From contig NC_089433.1 in NCBI RefSeq assembly GCF_026210795.1, forward strand, positions 2,170,001-2,234,000: a stretch of DNA of 64,000 nt, in the 5' to 3' direction. Origin of the DNA: Rhizophagus irregularis. Its lineage: Eukaryota. The position numbers and the translations under genes were made by a program. Numbering within the stretch: the first letter of the stretch is position 1; the number at the start of each line of letters is the position of its first letter. Under the pieces are notes generated by a model. It ran no database searches. It was not told the DNA's origin and saw nothing but the letters and a program-made list of their open reading frames with translations. Below are positions 53,986 through 64,000 of this stretch, piece by piece.

Positions 53986-54598
53986 TTATTTACTATAAAA
54001 TTTTTATAAGATATGGAAATAAAATTTATTAAGTTTGAGAGTATTTATTACTGAAAAAGAATACCAAATATTATGATAACTCTTCTTAGATAAATTATAA
54101 TTAATATTGTGAAATGTAATGAAATATTTCTTTCAAAATATTAATTAAAGAATTAGCTGTATAATTTCGGCTTGAGATATTATTATTAAATGGAACTGGA
54201 ACTGAGATTAATGAATTTAAATTAAAATTATACAAAGTAGGAAAAAGTAAAACACACCTAGCAATATAATTTAAATTCATTACATGAATTAGAAGTAGGA
54301 ATTGATAAATAAGAGAAAAGCATTTGAACCAATTAATGAATTGAAAATTGGATATTATTATAATGAACTAAAAAAATGCATTTAAATTCTAAAAAGTAGA
54401 TGATAATAGTTACTTATATTAAGTATAGAAATACAAAATTTTCATGTTTAGGTGTTCTTATAAGCTTAAAAAGATTCTTTCTGTTAAAATAGCAGACGTT
54501 ATAATTTTTTAAATTTTACCAGCAATGTTTATAGATTACCTTTTTCTGAAGATGCAATAATTTTTTCAATACCATCTTGTCAACGATGAAGACAAATA

Positions 54599-55269
54599 TT
54601 ATTCTTCTTTGACATCGTTATTATTATCATCGGCTTGTACTGAATCATCTTTCAAGAATGGGTTAGAAATTTCTTTCATTCCTTCAGCTGGTGAAATAAG
54701 AATCACAGTCGTCCCACGACAGACGAGTAATCCAAGTGATCTAGTTTCATTTAAAAGATGCCAGTCCTCGCGATCTAAAAAAGAAACTTGATAATTTTAA
54801 ATAAGAAATCGACTAATTACAACAATATAATAATACCTCTAAGTCGTTCATCCACATTATCAAGTACAAGGTTAAACAAGGCGTCGAATCCTCTTAAAAT
54901 ACCCATTGCTATTTCTCGAGATCAAATTCGTAAAAAAAATAAATATAACACAAAGTCACAAATATACGCGGATTAAAGAAATACACGTATTCCACTACAA
55001 ATTTAATTAAAACGAATCATATTTTAACAATATTTTGAATTTTTACCTTCACGACCACCATGAAATTTAACTAAAACTTTTTCTCCAAGATACTTATTAA
55101 GATCAAGAATTCCTCCTTTTTTCGTATATTTTTTAGTGGAATGATTATTTTTAGGTTTCTTCATAGGCAAATTATCCCGATTATTTCCTTTTAAATTTTT
55201 ATTACATTCATTTTTTTTATCACAAGAATTATTTGATACTTCGCGCGAATTTTTAGTTTCTGTATACAT
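54599..55269 (-). CDS. LSM7: Sm-like protein LSm7
   Basis: Exons 55269-55047, 54908-54837, 54774-54599. ILDLNKYLGEKVLVKFHGGRE|AMGILRGFDALFNLVLDNVDERLR|D..TRSLGLLVCRGTTVILISPAEGMKEISNPF. Confidence 0.92.
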
Positions 55270-55642
55270 ATCGTGTGACCTTATAAAAACGAGAAATACT
55301 TCTAATTAATTAAATATATGAATTCAAGATTTTTATTATAATTACCTTTCTAGATAAATTTTTATTTTTTTTTAAAAAAAAAAAATTTAATTGGCTTCTA
55401 TGACATTACGTAAAATTCAATTTAATTATTTTAATTATCCGCATTTTTGACTTATTATATTGTTCCCCTGAAATGGTATAAATTCATGTCAAATAATTAA
55501 TGTTCGGTCATGAGATGCAAGTTTAAAAAAGTTTAAATTTATAACTAATTCGGAGATCATCGCTAAGCCACCCATCTTGATTAAATCTTTTTTTTTTTTT
55601 TTTTAAACTCTTTCTTCACGAATGTTTTAATGCTTTCAAAAA

Positions 55643-56995
55643 ATGGTTTTTTTTCGAATTAATATTATATCAAAAAATTTTTTAAAAACAACTTTTCCTT
55701 CAATAATTTATAAAAAAAATTTTCATACATTAATTTTAAGTAAAAATTCTCAATTATTACAAATAAACCGAACAAGACCAAGAAAAAAATTATTATTACA
55801 ACATTATGAGAACAAATCATTCATTCGTAATACACATTATTTAAATCCACTCCCTTTTCCTATTGAAGAAGGTTTAGAACCTTTATTTAGTCCCGTAACT
55901 TTACATGAATTATATGAATATCAAGGATCTCTTATTGAAGATTTAAATAATCTTACAGGTTTGAATTTAAAATTCTGATTAGAAAAAAAAAAAAATATTT
56001 ATAATTAATTATATTAATTGAGAAAAGAAAACTTTTTTTTTAGATCAAACGGAATTTATGGATAATACCATTTTTGAACTAATCGACAAAACTGCTCAAG
56101 TACCAGAAAATGCTCTAATATTTAATCATGCTTCTCAAATATGGAATAATGATTTTTTTTTTCAATCTTTGGTAAGGTTGAATTATTTTTTTTTTTTACT
56201 TTTGAAATTTGAAATGATTGAATGATTAATATAATTTTATTTAATTAATTTATGATTGATATATTTTTATCTATGTAGACAAAAAAAAATTCCAGTAAAG
56301 AAGTTGATATTATGGATTTAAATGAAAGGATTAAAAAGGATTTTGGAGCTATCGATAATTTTAAGGAACATGTAAAGTATACATTTATTTATATATTTTT
56401 CGAAGTTTTTAAATTTATACTCACTGATATATAGTTTAAAAATATGGCGTTAGGTATATTTGGTTCAGGATGGACATGGTAAGAAAATATTATATATTAA
56501 TTGGAGGTTTTATGAAAATTTTTTACTTATATATTATTTAACATCTCATTAGGCTTGTAGAAACGGAATTTCATATTCTTCGTGTAGTAAACACTTATAA
56601 TGCAGGTAATATAATATTCTCTAAAATCAACAAAAAACAAAAACAAATTTAATTATTATAATATTATAGGGACTACTCTTGATGTCACGAGAACTCAAGA
56701 AAAAGATCCAAATAATCATCCGATGCCATATAATTCACCATTTTTAACTTCATCAAAGAATAATGTATTAGATGTTGGTGCAAATAAACCATCTCCACCA
56801 CCATTTATAAAATTGGCTTTACAACCTTCACATAAAAGTAGATTTAATCCTTTGTTATGCCTTAATATGTGGGAACATGCTTATATTAAAGATTTTGGTA
56901 TTAGAGGTAAAGAAGATTACATTGATGGGTTTTGGGATTGTATTAATTGGGAAGTAGTACAACGAAGGATTATACAACGTAATAGTTTTATGTAA
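55643..56995 (+). CDS. Fe/Mn-SOD-fold protein lacking metal ligands; probable mitochondrial small-subunit ribosomal protein (mS42/mS43, Rsm26/Mrp1-like)
   Basis: Six exons. Motifs LPFPIEEGLEPLFS, FNHASQIWNNDFFF, GIFGSGWTWLV and PLLCLNMWEHAY. It has a basic presequence-like N-terminus and His/His/Asp ligands appear replaced. Confidence 0.82.
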
Positions 56996-57817
56996 ATTCG
57001 TTGTTGGTTAATGGGGTTTAAAGTTAAAAGTTGGGATATGGGATGATTAAAAAAAATTTGAGGCTGATATAAAATGAATTAATTCATTATTAAAAATCAA
57101 GTCTGAAATTTTTTTTTATTTTATGAACTATGGATTGATAATAAGCTTATTTCAGAATTATGAATTCGCGTTTGAAATCTATCATCTGGTCTACTTAAGT
57201 ATTCATAAATAAAAAAAAATTTAATCAAATACTTCTTCACGATTATACATATTTACACCTAATATCAGACTATTCACTCTACCTCAACCCCTATACAAAT
57301 ATTCCTCTCTCAAATCCAACTTGATCACGAATCAAATTGATGTATCCGTTCTATATCTGCTTGTTATCGTCATTTTACCTATAAAGAGATTATCAATAAT
57401 CTCATCTCAGAACATCCAAGGAAACAAATCAAATATTCCGTATATATTATTTATTCAGCCCGTGACAAACCGGTTATAAGCTCGAATTTGAGATGGTTGA
57501 TGAAACATATATCGACGCTGGGAAAATCTACGAAATTATTTAAAAAGATGAGATTTTTTGTTAAAAAATCACGTGATCGCAATTTAAATTTTTAAACAAC
57601 TGTATTTAAAAATAATACAATTCATAATTTTACAAAACTAAAAAAAAAAACTGATCAATTTAAAATTATATAATTATATTATTATTATTATTTTATTATT
57701 TTATAATATTTTATTTGAATTTTTATAGTAATATTATACTTAAAATTAAATATATAATTATTTTTCATAAGAAACCTTACTTTTCACCTCTAGGTAAGAT
57801 TTTTTTAACCAATAGTA

Positions 57818-58424
57818 CAGTTAAAGCTTGTTATAGTAAACCCTTAGTTTCAGCCATTTTAATTATATTAGTAGATTTTAAATTATTTTTCTAAATTTCT
57901 TAAAGCTTAATAAAAGTATTATTTCTAATTTTTCATTCTCTTTTGTATTATTATTTTCAGAATTTGAAATTATTATATCTATAATTTTTTTATCTAATAA
58001 TAACTGTATTTTATTGGCATTTTATAATATAATCTTTCATTGTTATTATATTTAAGATTGCTTATCTAAACCTTTTCAAGATTTTATTATAGTTTCAGTA
58101 AAGTTTTGGCAGTTTTGGCATTTATAATAGGTTTTGTTAAATTTCACTTTTCTTTAAAGTTTCACCAACTTATCAATATAGTTTTGGCAAAATTTTGCTA
58201 TTTTGGCATTTTGCCAATTTGCCAAATCCTCTAGTTTTTTCAGCAATTTTAAATATATTTAATGATTTTATATAATATTTATTATAATAAATATAAAAGT
58301 TCACCATATATAATATTAAAATTTTACTAGTAAATTTACTATAATAAGCAAATTTTAATATAAAATAAACTGGAAAATAAAAAAAGTTTATTGTAAGTCA
58401 AATTTACTATAATAAGCTTTACTT
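57818..58424. mobile_element. Degenerate TA-flanked MITE, extremely AT-rich
   Basis: Left end TA-cagttaaagcttgttatagtaaa; right end tttactataataagcttt. Same family as the remnant ending at 2256. Confidence 0.6.
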
Positions 58425-59016
58425 ATAATAAATTTTTACTATATATAATTATATATAATATTAATTTTAATCAATAAAAATGCTTAATTTTAATATATAA
58501 AATTTTACTTAATCTACCATCTCTAAAATATCAACTGATATATATTACAACTCTTAAATATTAAATTTTTTTTTTAAAAAAAAAAATTGCCAAATATAAT
58601 AAACTTATATAAATTATTATTATTATTTTTTTCTCTAGTAATACCAATATATAATTAAGATAATCTTAAATTTATTTTAATTACTAAATAAATATATAAA
58701 ATTAAATTAATAATATTAGTATAATATTAAGTAATATCAAAGAAAATTAAAATAATTTTATATATTATAATAAAATCAATTTTTTCTAAAATTTTAAATG
58801 TTTAAATAAATATATTTAAAAAATTAATTTTTTATAAAATCTAAAAAGTTTATTTTAATAATAATTGCAATAATAATTGCTAAAATTTTAAACAAAAAAA
58901 ACTCATATTATATTAAATATTTTATAATCTATATATATTTTTATGTTTAAGTAAAATAATCCAATTCAGATTATTTAGTAAATTTTTAAAAAATCACCTA
59001 TAAAAAAAAAAGAAAA

Positions 59017-59220
59017 TAACTGGAGGGGAAATTCCCTCCCCCTAATATTTAATAGAGTTAGGGGTTAAGATTAGGGTTTAGGGTAGGATTAGGTTGGGTT
59101 AGGTTTATTTATCACAACGTATCACACCCCACGGTCTTCATTTAATCTGGTGATACAAATTTTTATTAAAAATTATATTCGTCACCCTTATTCGTCACGG
59201 GAGGAATTTCCTTCCGGTTA
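59017..59220. mobile_element. ~200-bp element with imperfect inverted ends and a telomere-like core
   Basis: Ends taactggaggggaaattccctccc / gggaggaatttccttccggtta. Internal degenerate TTAGGG tract at 59058-59105. Confidence 0.5.
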
Positions 59221-60239
59221 AAATTAGAAATTCAAAAAAAAAATTAATAAAGAAAAAAAATGGAATATATCAACAAAACTAATTTCAATTATTTCAATTA
59301 GCAAAACCAACCGAAAATAATATAAATAAAAAAGTATTCACATTAATAAAATTGGCTATAATAATACTAATATGCATTTTAATAAAATTAGAAAATTATT
59401 TTTATATTATTTACATTCTGAGAAACTGATTTAACCTTTACCGGAAAATATTTATTTGGCAACTATCGGTTAATTATATCAGTAAATCCGTTCATCAATA
59501 ATAAATAATAAATAATGTCGGTATTATGATCAGCAATCCCTCCCGAAATTTCTGTATCACTTGAAAAAAAATTAAAAAAAATTTTAAATATGAACAATTA
59601 AATTTTTATAGTACATTCTAGATGCTTTCTCGTCATTTTGTCCTGCTTTTGTTAGATTGAACCTACCATTTGAAGTTTCTTCTTTTTTCTGACGAAAAAG
59701 AATCAATTTTTGAGCCTTTAAAAAACATTTACTTGTCAACTTTTAAAAATTTTACTTGACGAAAAAAAAACCAAGGAACAAAGGGTTAATGAAATTCCGC
59801 CTACACTAATACGTGAGAGGTTACTAACATTTACTATTAGCCATTTAAGCTTAGATTATCCCTATTTTGTATTATCAATTGAAATTAAATTCATATAAAT
59901 AATTAGAGTACCATTTATTTAACAATTTAACATGAAACAGATCTTCATATTACATCAGAATTATTATCAGATTATTTATATCAGATTACTATATAGAAAT
60001 CTGATAAAACAAATGTGGAACGGTCAGATAAGAATGTTATCAGATTATTGTGTAATCATCAATTATTAGTAATTCCATTTTTTTATGTGGCTAACTAAAA
60101 AAGAAATATATAAATAACTTCTTTACCTTTGTTGTGAAAAAAAATCTCATTTTTTTTCCGTTTTTTTTTTCTTCAAAATTTTTTTTTCTATTCCACCAAA
60201 ACTTATTCTTTTCCTTCTAAGTAAATAAAATTATAAAAC

Positions 60240-60980
60240 ATGTTGCGTTCAATCTTAGCACGAAACTTTGGTTTGATATCTCAAACTACAACTCGTGCAA
60301 GCACTCGTCCTATAGCATTTAATCTTTCACGTTCATACCATGAAAAGGTTAGTTTGTTTAAAACGGTTTATTTAAATTATCAGTAATTATGTACTTGATT
60401 TTGCCAAAATTTTATTTTTTCCTCTCATTATAATTAGAATATTTAATTAATAAAGAAAATTAATTCATAATTCCTTGTAGGTTATTGATCATTATGAACG
60501 TCCTCGTAATGTTGGATCATTACCAAGAACAGATTCCGATGTAGGAACTGGACTAGTTGGTGCACCAGCATGTGGTGATGTTATGAAACTTCAAATTCGA
60601 GTTGATGAACGAACTAATAAAATTGTAGACGTTAAATTTAAGACGTTTGGATGTGGTTCCGCGATTGCTTCTTCAAGTTATATGACAGAACGTGTACGAG
60701 GGATGTCTTTAGACGAAGCCTCAAAAATTAAAAACACTGAAATTGCAAAAGAGTTGAGCCTACCACCTGTCAAACTTCATTGTTCAAGTAAGTCTTAACA
60801 TTGTTAATTCAACTTTACTTAATATATTAATTTTAACAATTATTTTGGTTTATATTTTTAGTGCTCGCAGAAGATGCTATTAAATCTGCTATTAAAGATT
60901 ATAAGAGTAAACGTAGTGCATTATCAGCGCCAAATGTCAATAATATTAGTCAACAATCTTCAACACAGGCTACTGCATAA
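60240..60980 (+). CDS. ISU1: Mitochondrial iron-sulfur cluster scaffold IscU/Isu1
   Basis: Exons 60240-60347, 60481-60787, 60862-60980. YHEK|VIDHYERPRNVGSL..GAPACGDVMKLQI..FGCGSAIASSS..LPPVKLHCS|MLAEDAIK. Confidence 0.97.
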
Positions 60981-61424
60981 TTATGAAATTTATCGTACCA
61001 GGTTATCCGTAATAAGTTGCTATGAAATCAGTGTTTTCTTATTAATATGAGAGAATATTATAAACTTTTTTTTGCTACTATCTATTTGATATTAGTTGAG
61101 CTTTGTATATAAAATTATTTCTTAATCACTATTTCCTTTTTATTTCATGACGTAAATGATATATATATTAAAATGATTTTTTATTTGAATAACTATTATA
61201 AGGAATATATATTATATCGAAAATATGATACAATCAATAATGTCAATAATGTTCTATAAATGTATTAAAAATAAAATCTTTACAAAAAAAATACCAAAAG
61301 AAAAGAAAAAAAAATGGTTTTTTTTTTCGAATCACTACAACTTTTTTCCCAAAAGTATATAAAGGAATAAGCACTGACTAATAAATTAAGTATATCAAAT
61401 GTGGTTTTTTTCAAATAAAAAAAT

Positions 61425-63912
61425 TTATATGATGGGTTTTAGCGATAACCGAACGAACAAGGTTGTGAACAGATACTGTTCACCATTTGCATCATTAAGA
61501 GGAATATGGCGATAACCTATATATATATATATATACATTTAAGTTGTGAACTAAACAAATACAGAAGTAGATCCTAGAACTTTACCTTGTTGTAAGCTAG
61601 CTACCGGGATACAATAATAGCCAATAAATTCATTTAATCTTACATCTTCATCCCATACGGTAAATCTTTGAGTTTAGCAAAAATAAAAATTAATTTTAAT
61701 AATAATTTGTAAAATTTGTAATAGAATATAATATAATATTACCGTAAGAATACAAGTTCCAGGTATTCAAAATCGATGGTAAACGTCAAAGTTTCATTCC
61801 AAATTGGATTAAAACCATTATCAAGAACAGTTTTTGTTTTCTTTTTAATGACATCTGCGCCCGGCATCAATAATTCCACTTCAACGTAAGGATCAATAAT
61901 CTCTTTAAACAAATCTTTAGGCCCAGTAAGTTGTTGGGCAGATATAATCTATTTAAGTATTTCATAATTATAATTTGCTTATTATATGGAACAATAAATA
62001 AATAATATGTTTTTTTTTACCTCAACTTCCAGAGTATATTGTGTTAAAGGATTTGTGGTAGTTGTAAGTTCGAAATTACGCATATTTTCAGGCTTAAGAA
62101 CATATCCGCATCTACCATTAACGCTAAACATAGCTTGATTTATTTGCATACCGAGATCTGAATAAAAGTCCGTTAAAAAGTTTAATGATTATGAGATCTT
62201 GAATAATTCTAAAAGAAATAGCAACCAACCAAATGTCTGCCAATTCAAAGCAACCAGTTGACTTCCAACCATCCATTGATGTTGTGGTTCATAATTTGAA
62301 GAAGCTATACGATATCCTGATGGATAGATACGTGACAAATGTCGAGAATTATGTTGGATAAAAGACTGCTTATCTGTTTTGGTAAGTCGAGTTGCAACTC
62401 TCTCAGAAAATGAAGACATGTGGTAAAACTTAGAATTTCCTTTGTTAACTATTATTACAGCAAATTTTTTTTTTGATTAGTATTCTAGCGAAATAATGTA
62501 AATACAAAGTATTAAAAAATAAGTAATAACAATTCCTACGACTATTATCGAATCCTTTGAATTTGACAGCTGAACAATAAACTACTAAATCAGAGAGAGC
62601 TTTGGCAACTTTTGATTTGCCCTTTTTATGTTTTTTATCTGCGTTATCTTAAAAAGATTAGATAAATTAATAATTTAATCGAATGTTTTAATATAACACG
62701 ATTATATTACCTTTTGATTCAACATCTGATTCTGGATCTGTGGCAGATTCTGTGTCAGTAGCAGAATCAAAAAGATCTTCCGCTGTACCATGTGGAAGAT
62801 TTTTTCCCTATAAAAATCGAGATTTAGATTCCTTGAAAAAATTGAAAATATTTTAAAAAAAAAAGATTGGCTTTAACTTACCTTTAATAAAATTTTATAC
62901 ATCAAACTATCGGGGCTGGGCAGTTCTGATTCATCGTCCGAAAAAAATTTGGTAACAAGATGCTCGCCTAAAATCTCAGATAAAATTTTCGCCATGTGTT
63001 CTTGTTGTTCGATAGAGCAATGAACTTCAAGTGATAAAATTAACGGGTAAGGACTTGCTTTAAACGCATAAGTACGAATAGCAGAAATGGCATCTTGAAA
63101 TAAAATTTTCGAAGTCCTGTTTTTAGAAAAAAATTTTAATCTTCGTTATATATGAAAGGAAATTTATAATGGACATTTTATAACGAACCAAGTATGACCA
63201 TGTGTAACTATAGGTCCATCAGGCCCATCCCAACAATCGACTATTATTTTGAAATAGTAAAATTTTAATTAAAGAAGGATATTATAAAATTTTTATAGAT
63301 AGTAATAACTAATTGAACATACTTTCAACACATCGACACCCTCGTTGTAAAACACGGATATAACCTTCTATGGAAGATTCTCCTGTCAATTGATGACCGA
63401 GAAGATACCTAATTTAAAAATAATTTAGTTTAATTGGTCAAAAATGGTTAAATACACAGTCGATAAATATACTAACATACGTATTATGAGAAGAATCGAT
63501 AAAGTAATGACATAAAGGATGAGTCATATCCTGATAGAGTTTGGCATGATCTGAAGCAAAAACAGAATTATCGCTAGACATCAAAAAGCTATTAAATCCT
63601 TCCAAGCTCATTTCATTAAGGTCTTTATCACAGAATTTATAATAAAGGTTATCATAATCTTCCTTTAAATTACACTGTACAGAACTAAAATGGTAAGTCC
63701 AAAGCATCATTCATTTGTAGTTAAAGTAATTGTTCACATACCTTTTGTACAATCAATAGAAAATCTTTGAATTCTTGCAGAGTCAAGATATCTTTTTTAG
63801 TTTTTGCAAGAGACTCAAAAAGGTTATCTAATTCTGGTCGCTTCTTAATTATCTTTACAAATCGTTGAAAGTCGGTGAAATCAAGCCACCCATTATTTTG
63901 TGTATCGGCTTC
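61425..63912 (-). CDS. PLC1: Phosphoinositide-specific phospholipase C, 3' part (EF, X, Y and C2 domains); the gene continues beyond the window
   Basis: Contains [74 protein letters not shown] and GYRHIPL. Confidence 0.95.
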
Positions 63913-64000
63913 CTATTAGATCAAAATCATTACGAATTTAATAAATATTATAAAAAGATGTACACGAAATATATATATATATGTGCATGTATTACTAACA

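Noticed and set aside
1..64000. tRNA, rRNA or snoRNA genes; recurrent TCACGTGA/TCACATGA sites as array-specific regulators
   Set aside because: No convincing RNA structure was seen by eye. The E-box-like sites also occur near housekeeping genes and enrichment cannot be tested here.

Overview
This is very AT-rich, intron-rich eukaryotic DNA. The gene families and repeats suggest a Glomeromycotina fungus such as Rhizophagus (inference). From about 4.4 to 53.1 kb lies a tandem array of small multi-exon Myb/SANT genes that the ORF track mostly misses because the exons are tiny. By manual GT..AG splicing I reconstruct 14 apparently intact genes: 3 two-repeat (R2R3-like) and 11 single-repeat, one of which is a SAM-SAM-Myb chimera. 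There is also 1 truncated pseudogene and 1 orphan terminal exon. Thirteen of the 14 carry 1-4 copies of a short motif, [R/K]-M-x-[I/L]-x-x-[I/L]-L-N, at or near the C-terminus; this is a candidate corepressor-docking motif. Interspersed are a 3-kb tandem duplication, decayed kinase and coiled-coil pseudogenes, and TA-flanked Tc1/mariner-pogo-like MITEs. After a ~167-bp tandem repeat the window switches to conserved housekeeping genes: LSM7, a non-catalytic SOD-fold mitoribosomal protein, ISU1 and the 3' part of PLC1. All gene models are hand-spliced and lack transcript support.
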